This document shows positions 1 to 14,500 of a stretch of 64,000 nucleotides of DNA, piece by piece. The stretch covers positions 10,872,567 through 10,936,566 of the forward strand of contig CM120644.1 of assembly GCA_051362555.1 (NCBI GenBank), in the 5' to 3' direction. The position numbers and the translations under genes are program-made. The notes under the pieces were generated by a model. That model did no database searches and was not told where the DNA came from. It worked only from the letters and a program-made list of their open reading frames with translations. Position 1 is the first letter of the stretch. The number at the start of each line of letters is the position of its first letter. Origin of the DNA: Lingula anatina. Lineage: Eukaryota > Animalia > Brachiopoda.

Positions 1-272
1 TTTCCATTTTCAAATTCCCACTTTTCAGAATAAAAAGGTTATATTTTTAGAGATCACAAGTTACAGGCAAAAATTGATACATTAATTATTCCTATTGATT
101 TCATCAGCTGTCTGCTTCAGTAACTCAACCTGTTTACAGCCATTTGCGTACTGTATTTGCACCTACTCAAGCAGGGTTGCAGATCCCACAGACCTCTGTT
201 TCAGGCTACTGATGAATAAAATTAAAACCACCCAGATGTTTTACGCCATTCATTATAATACGTTGTACTTAC

Positions 273-362
273 CCAGTTACCCCAATGTTAGCAACAACCA
301 GAACAGGCACATAGACATCTATCTGGTTGTCTGCAAGGTCTGTTCTGTTCTCTGGGTTAGTG
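273..362 (-). CDS. Integrin alpha exon 22 (end of calf-1)
   Basis: [31 protein letters not shown]; tttcag / gtaagt. Confidence 0.88.
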
Positions 363-1093
363 CTGAAATGAAGGGGAAACTGTATTAAACTATTTTTATA
401 AGCCGAATACAACTATCTCAGTCTCTCTCTCACATGCACGTTTTCTTCCAAGAAAGACTAAAATACTAATAAATTATTCAATTTAAAGAACATATCACTG
501 CAGGGTTAGTGTACATAAATTCTTTCTGGGGCATCTTTTATTTAATTTACTGTCCCTGTAGGTAAGCTGTTTTGTGTGTCCCTATATTAATTGCTATGAA
601 AATAAATTAAAAGGTCTTTGTCAAAAAAATTTTCGATCTTGCATTAGTCATACTGTACCTGTTCACTGTAAGCTGGAACTGAAGGAAACTGGAGACGTCT
701 GTCACATCATCAGCAGACAGCCTCAGTTTGAAGTCAACCTGGGGAGAGTTAGAAAATAATGGTGTGGAAGTTGGTAAATAATAAATGATGAATAAGATTA
801 CAGCATTTTGGTATGTTATTCGTTATTTTATCTACTGGTTTTAATCATTGATCATCATCACTTTTAATTTTTTCTTATTATTAAAATGTGACTTCATGTA
901 TATATCCCTCACAAACATATATATGCTTGCATGGTGTACATTAATTACCAAACAAACACAAATTTTAGCATAAAAAATATAATTTTTTTCTTCCATCCAA
1001 CTTACATTCACACATGCACATTATGTGTTGATCATTCCCACCCACACACATGCACAACCGCATATATACATACATGCATGCACACACAGGCTT

Positions 1094-1134
<41 letters not shown>

Positions 1135-4100
1135 ATTACCTGTGTTTTCTGCTGCAGTGGGTTTCCCACATCACACACCACATACTCTCCTTCCTCCTCC
1201 ACAGCTCTCTGTTCACAGCTCACTGGGGATGCCTGCATGGAGAAGTTAGCATGGTACATTATAGATTACATATGCACAAATCAAAATTTTATATTATATT
1301 ATATAATATAATATAATATAATATAATATAATATTATATTATATTATATTATATTATATTATATTATATTATATTATATTATATTATATTATAATATAAT
1401 ATAATATAATATAATATAATATTATATTATATTACTTGCTCTAGAAGTAATTTGTAGTTGCTTTTGCTGTTTACTGCACTTTTTAAGACTGGCAATTTAC
1501 AAAATAATTGACATAATTTTAGTTTCTCATGACAAGATGTTATTTCTGACCCCAAACCAAACATTTTTTAAAATTCAAGTTACTGATGTGATTTACAATG
1601 GATAAATTAAGGTTCCTTCAAAAATAAATAAATAAATAGACACACAAACCAATAACCTACCCCAGTTATTCCCTGTGTATTGGTATAGCTGATGCCAAAG
1701 GGCAGTTTGACATACAGAGTTGACTCGTAGGCGTCTTCCCCACTGTTGACTACAGCGACATCTATCTCAATTTTTTTATTGCTGCCAATAGTGTGCGGGG
1801 CACTGTTAGAAAATATTGAATAAATAAAAACAAAATATTGAATAAACAAAAAGAAAATATTGAATATAAAATAACTGCTATATTAATTTAACATCTACCT
1901 TAATAAAAAAATCATTAATTTACATTATTTTTTTAATTTTACAGACTGCATGACCAGTCAAAGAGGACATCCCAGTCTACTGACATTTATTTTCAATAAT
2001 TTTCAGTTTATTTTTCTAGAAATGCACATCCTGAGATACAGAAATACAGAAAACTCTGCCCCTGAATTCTCAGCATGTCCCTGCTGTTATAATAATATAG
2101 TTACTAATATCAACATGCTGATCACAGACAGAGGCAAGGTTTTTGTAATCTCCTGTCTGAACTAAGTGAAAAGTTTTCATGCCCTACCCCACTGCCTTGA
2201 TCCTAAGATCTGGAATGCAGATCTCGTCTGGCCCACAGTTGGTCTGGATACGCGCCTGAAACAATGCATTTTTTAAAAATAAATTCAGAGATACTGAGAA
2301 TATTTAAAATTATGTAATTCAATTGAACTTCAATAATTTCTTCCTCCCTTTCTTAACTGACAAAACAACAAACTTTAAGTATTCATCATAAAAAAATGAT
2401 AAGAATGAAATTGCTAGCAAATCAACTCACCTCAGTGGACACAAAGGAGGGAATGTATTGATCTAGTATAGGCAGCAACTCCCCAGGGGGCACCACTGTA
2501 GGCTCCATCAATTTGTACTCCATGGTTATAGTTATAGGGGACAACTTATTACGGATATTGTCCTGAAATAATCAGCAGAGTTTCACTCTTTATCATAATA
2601 AAAATATCATATTTTAATGGCATAAGAAGAAACATATGCCTTAAGATGTATATCATACATGTCATTTGTTCTTATACTTACACAGTCTAATATTTTGATA
2701 TTCCATTTTTTAAAGTTATTTTCAAAAATCTGATGTATATGATGGCATAAGCTTTGCGTTTATCAGATATTTCTATCTACATGTAATATTAACCTTGGCA
2801 ATTTATTTGCTATTGATATTTTTTAGTTGCCACAATCCAAAAGTAGGGGGCAGCACTATGGTGGCCTTTTTTTTTAAACTATTGGCAAACACAATTAATG
2901 GTTTTCCTATAACAGAAAAGAGGAACACCATCTTCAGGAATGGAAAAAAAAAAAGAGTTCAATGCTATAAAGCACTATTATCCTGACATACTGGGGAGTA
3001 ATGTACCCTGACACCTGCACCCTGGGGACCAATAGGCAGACCTATTAGAAATCCCATCTGCCTTTGCAGATACATACACCCAGAGAATGAGGGTGAATAG
3101 GCCTGCATGATGGCAGGGAGGGAAATTTATGGGTATGGAAAGAGCCAACATTTTTGGACAAAAAAATGTCCCATCTCAAAAAAAATCTGATTTAATTAAG
3201 CTCTATCCCACCTCTCAAAATACATGTAGATCAGTGAAGGGCGTAAAAAGTCTCTTTTTTTTTTAAAGAACTCACCCCCCTCTTTGATATTGTTGGCTAA
3301 AGGTCACATGTAAAAAGGAAATTTTGTGATACAAGAGAGAAAACCTGATATAAGGTTGGTATAGACACAATTTTTTAGCCTATTTCTTGACTTAAAATGT
3401 CTGTAAACATGTCCAAATATAGATGTTAAAACTGGATGTGAAACTGAAAACAAATAGCTGCATGTGATTTATCTTAGGATGTCTGAAAAATTGGATGATG
3501 ATTATTATATGTAATTGTTTAGAAATAGCTTTCACCAATGAATATTATAAGTAATATTTAAATCACCTCAACCTAACAGGCTGATTTAATTCAGATATAT
3601 GGACACTGTGAGGCACTGATCCCTTAATTTTAACAAGTCACACATATGAAAAACAATATAAAACCATAAGTAACTCAGGGTGATCCAGAGAGATCCCCTG
3701 CCTCTCTCCATTAATCTAAGATATAATCAAATTCTCCACCAATCAACAGGGGTCGGCCATTACCCACAGTCTGCATCCTCCATGACTGAGTTTTGATAGA
3801 ACATGCAGATGTTCATATTATTTTTTAATTAAAGTCCCATTATCTAATGTTATTTGGCATGAAGTATTAGGAAATGGCCCTAGGAATGTGAGCTTCTGGG
3901 TTTTCATTAAATTACTGGCTTTTTAGGTCTCTCATGGGATGTCCTCTATTGGCAAAATCGCTCTGGTAATGAAATTTTCATTTGCTGCCTGGAGGAAGAA
4001 GTTGAAGAGAAAAAAAGAGGCATACTGATTAAGTGACTTCATTTTTCTGGCATTAATTACTCTTTGATTAGACCATGTAACTGCATTATGGAGATTATTT

Positions 4101-4440
4101 TCCTGATTTTGTTATAAAGATGTATGTGCCTATTTGTTGACTGATGCGAACTTGTGTAAAGTATTCACATTTTCTAATTATTTTACATGCAACATTGCCA
4201 TTGTCAGCATTGCATACCTATCTGATCAGATGTACAGGACATTAAACTAAGCCATATACAAGTAGGTACATAATGAATTAGCATCGAGAGTTTCTCATGA
4301 TATAAATAAAATATTTAGTGAAAAGAAACAGATACACCTGTACCCTGTACAGTATTTGTACACAGGTTTTTCATATACACTGAACAAGGTATCAAATTAA
4401 ATATTTTTTACAAATATTTTTGATGCTCTGATTCTTTCCA

Positions 4441-4488
<48 letters not shown>

Positions 4489-5024
4489 TGTGTGCATGCA
4501 TGTGTACCCTGCATGTGCATGTGAACCGCAGTGTAATCAAGAGGTGTTCTTCATAACCTGATATATTATTGAATGATTATAATTATTATATAAATTAACA
4601 GACATTTTCACTGCTTTAATTAGTGTTTGCCATGAGAAAGATAGAGATAATTTTAGTTGAACAGTTTCTTTATATTTTAATAATTAAAATTAAGTCAGAA
4701 ATTAAATCTGAGGATGTTTTAAAAGTATTAGTTACCATAAATGAACCATTCTAACAGAAACCCATAGTCCCATGGGATTTTTATTGAGCTATCACTCCGT
4801 GTAGATAAGGGCAACATGCTCAAGTAATAATTTACTTAGAGTGCTTTTTGTTTTACCGGCGGCAGGATTAATCTCTTGGTCTTTTCGATGAGTTGCTTTA
4901 AAAATGGAAGGCATTTTTACAAATTGCCTTGAGCAGAGAGGAGAGGCTGGAGAACAGTTTTTAATTATTGTGCAACAGTGGGTTTTGTTTAAATCATTCC
5001 TGCTCCCTTAGGGCATTAAAGGAG

Positions 5025-5082
<58 letters not shown>

Positions 5083-6601
5083 GGGGGGGGGGGAGGGTTG
5101 GGGGGACTGCTGGCTATTATTACCAGTATAAATTCATTAAAATCGTTTTGTGAAAATGAAGAATTGAAAACATCAATTTTATTTTTATAATGTCACTAGA
5201 AGTGAATGGTGACTTATGAATATTATTTTCTGATACACTCACAATTCATATAAAATTTTGATTCTTTACTGGTATTAGTTTTAATGGGAGGAAAAGTGTA
5301 AATTTAGTGAACACTTTCCATTTTCTCCAACAGCAGACATGAGCATACATGAATGAGTTTGACTTAACTTAATACATGCAACTAAATGGAAAATTCAAAT
5401 TCAAGTTTCCTTTCTACCATTAGATTAACCTGACTGCACTTTGTTTGCTTGACTGAAACGTTTAGTCATTTTATTCGGAAAGCTAACATATGAAGGATAT
5501 CTCCAACCATGAAAATGCAGTCATTTTTTCATGTTTTAGATACAATCAATTGGCAAACAATCTTACACGTAGTATTACCAGTAAATACACAGTTTGCAGT
5601 CTATAAATTATTTATCATTATGATTTTAGGTTATGAATGTTCAGAATTGCAGATTTCTCCATATGAGACAAAGGATCATGAGATATATAACAAAGTCAGA
5701 GGAAATTGTCTTCTCCAGTTCCAGACTACCGTTTTCAAAGACAAATCCTGGTAGGATTGTCATGGAGGAAAAAAATGCTGTTTAGCTTTCAGCGGAAATT
5801 GATTTTCTGAAACCTCACCTCTGCTCTGACATTCAGATTTCCCAGGAGAGTGAAAGCGACACTCTCAAGTCTGACTCTACACAAAACATATTATCTCTGA
5901 TGTTTATGGCGACAGGCAAGAGAGAGAAATAGAAAGAGAGAAAGAGATTCTACATCCTAGCTAGAAGATTCTAAAAAATGAAGATAATAAACTAATGTAT
6001 CAGTCTCATAGCCAGCAATTCTAAAGAGGGGGTCTTTTTTTCTGAAAAAGTGGAACTTTTTTTCCACAAAACCTTCATGTATCTACATCAAATGTTACTG
6101 ACAGTGGACCTTTTTCTGGCAAAAAGGATGCTTTGTTTGAACCCCCCATCCCCCCCCCCCCCCACCCCTGTCTACAGGTCTGTGTATAACAGTGGGGTAC
6201 ATATACGACAGAGAGAGAGAGAGACAAAGAGTTTTTACATAGTTTCTGATATATGTATGACATGTATATTAATTCAATTACCTTCATGTAACCTAACGTC
6301 CTTTTACATGTCTTCTCCTCTCTGCGAAGTATCATACTGAAAGTCTCAGAAGGTTGAGGACTGTTTGAAAGTCTCACACGAGGGTTCAAGGGGAAGTCGG
6401 AATCCATCATTAATTTCACTGAGAGCTCTACCAAAATAGAAAATATGACATGCATTAATTGATATGCAGGCTGGATTTTTTTTTTTTTTTCGACATGCAC
6501 CCCAAGTAATTTGGTACTGTTTAAAGTCAAAATTCAGCTGCATCAGTGTCCTTTCTCCATTTGTGTTACATCTATGTTATCTTTCTTAATTAGCATTATA
6601 G

Positions 6602-6683
<82 letters not shown>

Positions 6684-8443
6684 GATCAGAAATTATATTA
6701 ATATGTTCAAGTACATTAACCATTTTGTCCTTTCATGCATCAAATTTTACCACAAATTACATTTCAGGAATATTTTCATCAATGTCTCACCTATGCTCTC
6801 TGGGGCACCAACACCATAATACTTGAGACAGGTTTCAGTGGTTATGCTGCAAAAATAAAATAAAATATTTCATTACCACATTTGGTCAAAAATGAGTTTT
6901 CCCAGCACATTTTATCCAATTGAAAATTCATCCATTCATTCATTTTTTTTTTTCAATTTTAAATATTTGTAGTACAGTTGAACATTAAGAACTTGTAGTT
7001 GTAATTAAGATAGTGATCGACTCACAAATGTCATTATATAATATATATAGAGAAATCAACAGAGGCAAGCTGACAACAGAGTTGAGTTCCCAGCTAACTC
7101 TGAGACTCAAGAGTGCTCTTATCCCACTATGATAAAATCTATTAACTTAGATACTCAGGGTGCCCTCAGCCAACCATGACAATTAATAAAATCTATTAAC
7201 TTCAAAGTTTAAAAGTGGACATACCAGGTGAAACTTTTCTCCGGAGCATCGTCAGGGTGACACAGCTTTCTGTCCAGGTTCACTGACTGTGGGTCTATGG
7301 CCAAGGTGGTCAGCACATGGATTATAGGACGTGACCTGAAATATATTTTCTAGGTTTATTATTATACTACAAACTATATTTTACAACGTGCATGCAGTTT
7401 TTAAAAATCTATTTTTAGACTAGGAGCACAATTAATTTACACAGTCAATATATCATTTCTATGCTAATATTGCTCAAAGACCTCAGCTGGATAATTCTAC
7501 AACCTCTCTTCCATATAATGATTCTAAATGATGATGTAAATGGCTGCAGAGTTCAGGATTTCTATTTGGGTACAGAAAACATGATGTTAAAGACATGATC
7601 ATAAATTGTATAAAATGCATGAAACTTGAATTAATTGAAATATCTAATTATATTTGTTTCACCAAGCATCACTTCCCCATATGCCAAAACAAATACTCGT
7701 ACTGCAGAAATCAAATTTGATAAAGACAAAATTAAAGAAATTGTACCTGAGAAATATGGCATTTCCTGATGTGTATGAACCGATCAAAACATCAGGGTAG
7801 TAATTGCCGTCCATATCATGGCCACCAGAGATAGCAAACCCAAAGGATGACAACTGGGGGCTTAGATCCTTGGCAAAGATAGCCTAAAATTTAAATGATA
7901 TCGATTTACAGACCATTAACATTTACACTGTGACAACAAAATGGCAGTGGAACAGCAATTAGTTATTCTTAAAATTACTCAAAATAACTTTGACATAAGC
8001 ACATTTTGTAATACAGTAGAAGGTTAGGCAAGCTTTGTAAGGAACATCTTTTCTCATGGAAGTGATATTCTGTTACTGCTACAGGCATTATTGAAGCGAG
8101 TAACATTTTCCCCATGGAGTACATGATACTTTCTCACTTCTGCATCTGTACTTGCCTGTGAAAACTGTGGTCTGATCCCTTTATTAGAGCCATGGTATAT
8201 GTACACTGCTCCCCTACCATCTGGACCATCATAGGGGGCACCAACTAACAAATCTGGAAAAACAGCGGTATGACAAGTTTCTCTCACTTTATGATCTTTT
8301 TAGCATCTCTATGAACAAGGTTTTATGCTCCTAACCAATTCTTAGAGTTAGAAAATTTTCTTTTCATTTTCTTTCAAAGAAAATGTAAGTGGTGTCTTTT
8401 CCAGCTTCAAGAAATTTCAGACACCAATTCATTACTATTTATC

Positions 8444-8504
<61 letters not shown>

Positions 8505-11500
8505 AATGTCTATTAGAAATGCACATGATCCCACTTTCATAGAACCAGGCGGCTATATGTCCCACTTTTACAAGTCTGCAAAATTGTTTATTTTGTTTCT
8601 AATAGAGATACATTTGCATCACTGTGTCTTAATAAGTTGAAAGTACATATGCTAAGCATGAAATATGAATGTTGGGACATTAGTTTTCCAACCAGGAGTA
8701 ACTATGTTACCATTATAGTCGTCCACATTGATGTTCCCCAGTTTAGCCAGCGCTGAACCAAACCGACTGCGGCTTCTCATTCCACTTAGAGTGGTGTTCT
8801 TGGCAGCTAGAAATCTGTGCTGAAAACAAAAGAAATTTGACAAGTTTTATACAATGTCAGTCTAAAACAATTATAACTTGTCTGTACTCTGGATTCACTC
8901 CCCTCCCCCCCCCCCACCCCCCCCCCCACCCCAAAAATAAGATGCATAATTTTAACTGCCCCCCCTTTCCATCCCACTCAAGGCCCTGCCTTGATCTACT
9001 CCAGCATAGAGGTCTGTAGTGCTAGGCCCTTTAGTTGTAAGTAAGAACTACAATAATCAGCATTAATCAAAATATCAAACTAATTTCCATATGGCCATAA
9101 CAATTTTTTTTTACTGGACTCGCACACATTACAAAGAAAAAAATAGTGACAATATTCAAAGCAAATGATAGTGAGATAGTAAGTACCTTTTGGGGAGTCT
9201 AATAGGAGTTAAATGAATAGAATAATTATGGGTTCATGTCCCGCACAGTATTTAATTGCAGCTGGTAAAAACATTCCTTTCTTGCCTGAAAAACAAGATT
9301 TCTTTTAGTATTTACCTCAGCATCTTGGTAAAAGATGTAAACTCTTCCAATCTCAAAGTTGTCGCTGCCTGCTGTATAGTCTGTGTAGAAAGGGGCTCCA
9401 ACAGCAATGTCATCTAATCTGAAGTTTTAAATTTTAAATTCATTATTGATAATAAGTAAAGTATATAATAACTCATATTTAAATTATTGTTTTTCTTTTT
9501 ATAAAGAGCTTATAAAATATGTATTACCTCCAATATTTCTGTGACTGTCAGTCACCATCATCAGGGAGTAAATGACCAGGGTCATTTCACCTGGAATGAA
9601 AATCCAGGTCAATTGCCCCTAATCATAGAAATATTGGAGGTAATACCTACATATTTTATAAGCTCTTGATAAAAAGAAAAACAATAATTAAATTGATACA
9701 TACAGAGCTAATGAAACTCTTCTCTCAATAACTCATATATTTTGCATTGCCCCATCCATTCATAGTGGAAAGAGGACGATTCAAATGTTCTGAAAAGCAT
9801 ATTGGGTTCTTTCCAGCAACAGAAAATGATAAATACTGAGAAAAACATATTGTAGTGATTGTTTTATTTGATACTCGTGAGGAATCACCATACCCCATCC
9901 TGAATTTCAGAGGACAATTGAAGCTTTTCAGCGAAACACTCATCCACTGTCAGCATGTCTCTGATGCTGGATATAGTAAATGGCAGAGGCATGCTGACAG
10001 AAAACCCAAGGGAGTTTTTGTTAACCTTTGAAAATCAAGGTGCCTCACACTCACTCACCTCTATGACTCCACACCTGTTTTATACACAGGTGAGTCATGC
10101 TTTGTTGGTTATTCTCTTCAAGCTTGACACCTCAACAGTATCACCTACCTGAGTATTGCCCTGAGAATCATTATACTGATGGTAACTTAACTATCACTAC
10201 ATGTACATATTTTTACCATCTTCACCAACAGAATTGGCATGGCATAGCTAGGATACCCTAAGCTTCAGATCCCATGCATGCCAGCTTCTTCACTTTCAAA
10301 TCCCCCTGTGTGCAGGATTATCCAATAAGTTGGCATATGTGAATATTAAAAAACAATTAAAATATCTGGCCTGCACCCAGTCTGAAACACGGGGTACACA
10401 TAGCTAGGTTGCCTGATAAGAGAATGGAGTGTACAGAACCTATGTAACTCAGGGTGGGCACAGTGCTCATACAGTAACTATATCCCATCATATGAAGATT
10501 TTAATTTTTTAAAATTTATTTTCTATTCTGACTATTAATCAATATTTTTGTTATAATTTTTTTTTCTTTTTCATTCTTATGACAAAACACTTAGTGAACC
10601 ATAGATATTTGGCTGGCATAATACCAAGGAATAGGAGGATTGTTCCAGAGAGAACGAAAAGTAAATTAATGATAGTTCACTGGAGAGTTTGCCTTTTCCA
10701 TACATTTGTACAGAACATGACATGTTTCACAATGTTTCACATTGCATATAAAATAACCAGACCTGCCAAATCTATAATAGAACAGATTCAATTACCACTG
10801 CTGGCACGGTTAAAGAATACCATATATATTCCCATTTCTGTTAAGAAGAAAACAAAGGCATTTTCTACTTTTAATCTGTCATATTTTTTCACCAGCCCAA
10901 CAATAAAATAGCAGGAAAACAATTAATAATTTATAAACATGTACACAATTTGAAAGGTAAACTTTTAATGACATTCATGCATTGCTACCATATAATTGTG
11001 GCAGCTATTACCTTTAGATAAAAGTGAAACGATTAAAAAACCACTAATACAGTACAAGAAATACTCCAATATGACAAAACAGGTGTAAAAATTCCATCAG
11101 ACACTAGCAAATATTTACATTCCTCCTCCACAGGAGCCTGGACCTTTATCTGTCCTGATATTAGAAGTGTTTTAATGCTGGCTGGCTTGGTTATATTAGA
11201 TAGGGGGCCATTACTAGAATATTACCCATACTTCATCCACTGACGCATTCACACAAAGGATTAAATTAGACTTAAACTCTGACCACAGAGCATCATCAGA
11301 ACATTTAATCTCCAGCTTTATTTTGTGTTTGGGCCTCAGAAATCTTTTGAGCTTGAGGCAAGCATGTCTTTACACTTACCCGTCATTATTAAAATCATCC
11401 ACAGCCACTGAAGCACCAAAGTAAGCACCGAGCTGCTCTCCACTGATGTTCGCACGGTTAAATAGAGTCTTGTCATATACAGAAACCTAGAAATATAGGC

Positions 11501-14500
11501 AGAAAAACTGCTTCAATAAATGATTTTATAAAGATAATAATGTTAATTTTAAGTCTTTCTAGCCCTTCCAAAAGTCCACTTCTTTTAAATCCTATCTTTT
11601 GATCTTGTCATTTTCACACTTAATTTTATTATCAATTTATCAATTCACATAAAATTAATTTACAATTGTTTCTAAAAAAACTCATTTTTATTCGAATCTT
11701 TTATATCATATATCATTTTATATAAAATTTATTACTGCTTTAAAAATACCGGATTATTTCTTTATGTCATATTATATTATATCATCATATCACATTGTTC
11801 TACCTGTCCCAGTAGTTTATTGCCTCTGGGTACACCTGCCACGAAGTCAGGATCATTGTCTCCCGTGAATTCACCTGTAGCACTGGAGTAACCTAGAAAC
11901 AAAGAAATTCATAATTAACTAGTACACCATGATTGTTATTCTAGTAAGAACTGTAGAATTATGGCCCAAGGTGAGAAATTATCATTTTGAATGAATCTAG
12001 GAAACTTCATGCTGTCAACAAATTTAAGTTGTTTGAGAATTCATTACGGACTATAAAAAATCATATTACACAGAAAACTGCTTAACCATACTTTCCAGGA
12101 ATTATTTAAACACATAATTTCATTTTACTCAGCATGTAAGCTCATTTAAGAAATTAGTCTCTAGCTTGAGATAAGTTAGCCATTGTTTTCTGTAAGATCA
12201 GATATCATAACAAACATCCACATGGGAGATGCTGTAGTTCGGTAATTGAGATGAATAATTTTAGACCATCATAATGGAAAGAAAACATAAAATAGTGCCA
12301 ACTTCCTGCTACAACAATTAGGGGCTGTATTCCTGACCCGAGATTTCATTATTGCTCAGGACTGTTCAGACATGAACTTTCTTCTGCCTGATATATGGGG
12401 TCTTAGACTGGGTTCCTATACCAAGATCAGTCTATCAGGATCCAAGGGGAGATCAATCTATCAGGATCAATCCATCTCCAATGAAGCTGCTAAACGATAA
12501 TTAATTACCCCCTAGCAGCTTCAGTAGGCGTGACAGGCATCTAAGCTGCTTAAGATGATTGCAATTTAAAGAGAATCCCCTTGAAGATAGATCGATCCAC
12601 AGCTAGTCTGACAGGGCCTGGGAATGATACCTTAGTTGTTGAGAATAATTATAAGCAGCTAATATTAAGACCCATCACAGAAATGGGCAACTTTTATCAA
12701 CATACTCTGTATTTTGAAGTCATCTTTTTGAGCATATTATATATTTCTGCTAGATCCTTTACAAATACACACAAATTTCTGAAGTATTCCAGCTGACTTT
12801 ATCTAAATATATTACCTGGTTTATTTTGGCACTTCTCTCTTTATTTGTTGGGTTAACAGAGAAGAATTGTGTTTTCACTGAAGTTTAATAAGATGCTGTT
12901 AAAGCAAATCCCTTTAATCTAATTCATCCATATGGTAAAACTGCATTGTGTGCAAGAATCACAGAAATGTCCATATTTTTTACATGTGCTTAAAATGTTC
13001 AGGGTACCTTCACGTTTTCGTACGGAACTCCTAGATGATGCATTTATGTGTACACACACTTATCTGTACACATAAACACACACACACGGCATGAGTGTAT
13101 ACATGCAGGCTCCTGAGACCACCCCCCAACCCCCCCCCCCCCCCACCTCCATGAACACCATGTGATGGAAAGGTTAAAATACTGTATCAATTGTTGAATC
13201 ATCAGAGACAGTCATTAAAATAAAACCCGTGATATAAAATGCGATCTTGTATCATGAGAGTTGGTGCATTAGTTCTCATTTGTCCAGAAAGATCAGTTGT
13301 GTTCTAACAAACACTGCATGTTGTATTTATAGTAGTAGATCAATGGCTAACAAACACAGGGTTAACCTTCTCCCAAATTACGGAAAAGGAAAAAAATTAT
13401 TTTCTCCTGAAGTCTTTTTTTTTTTTCTTTGTTGATAATGATGCACTTTGAAGTCTCTGCCTTCCTTTTTTTCCATTTGTACATGTTTACCACCCTAACA
13501 AAACAGGCCATGACAAAGAAAAACAGTACCCTGTCTGATCTGTGCTAACATAAGGTCTGTATAGCCATTACAGCGTTCCCACATGGCCATATCTGAACTG
13601 ATTTGAACTAGATTCAAAGATGTTTTTACCAGACAGTTGTATAAAGATATTTGCATAGCCTCTGGGATCTCCAGTGAGGCAATCTGTTCACTGATTATGC
13701 AAGTCGGACTGTTCTCGGTTTCAATTATTTTGTGTGAACAGGCCCTGACTAATAAGAGTACATCTGAATCGTTTGTCTGTCTACTTATACCATATTCAAT
13801 TACATCCCTATATACCACCAACATAGTGCTTGACACTTGCTTCGCCTTGGCTTAATTTTTTATTTATATTTTAAAAGTTCAGAAGTCTGTCCATTCCTTA
13901 CTAACAAGGGCAGTCTCAATTACTAGTAACCACCAATGAAGGAGGACTTTTTTGGTCCATGTTTTTTGAAGCTTGAATAACAACTAAGTGGGCACATGAC
14001 ACCAACTGCTTGTCTGTAGTAATCTATACAAGTGGATACAATCAGTTGAGTGTGGTCAAAGAATGGTGGCTACAATTTGTTCCCTGGGTTCACTTTTATT
14101 AAATTTGGAGTCTTTCCAGCACCAATTTATAACTGAAAAAGTAAAATCCTTTTTTAAAATTTAAAATCTTACCAATACCAAGCTTTTTTTCATCAATTCA
14201 AACAAACAGTTATTTGAATGACACTCTGGGGCATTTTCATTACCTTGAAGAATTACTTCATTCTTGGAAGAATTGAGGATTTTCACATCTAAATGCAATG
14301 TGAAAATACTTGAGTCATTTTGTCTCAGTTTTCCTTTACAATACAGGAATTTCCTTAACAGTCCAGCACAGTACTCACAGAATATTGTATGTGGTTTTTA
14401 CATTCATCAAGTAATAAAAATCAAGATGTCAGCTGACTGTCAACTTTGCCAGCTATTGCATACAATTACTGTCCAACTACATCAAATCCCAAAACCTCAA

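Noticed and set aside
931-1316. ORFs with HTHT, YIYI, LSLS, VCVC or ERER runs here and elsewhere in the ORF track
   Set aside because: Translations of dinucleotide microsatellites; only 1140-1232 on the - strand is a real exon.
5819-5876. 58-nt segment on - strand with good ag/gt sites and an in-frame TGA (poison-exon-like) in integrin intron 16
   Set aside because: Such pseudo-exons are common by chance; no conservation or transcript evidence is available.
13530-13607. 78-nt phase 1-1 open segment ([27 protein letters not shown]) as a possible alternative exon 7 (X1/X2-like)
   Set aside because: No real similarity to GQ..DDSYLG, and weak splice sites.
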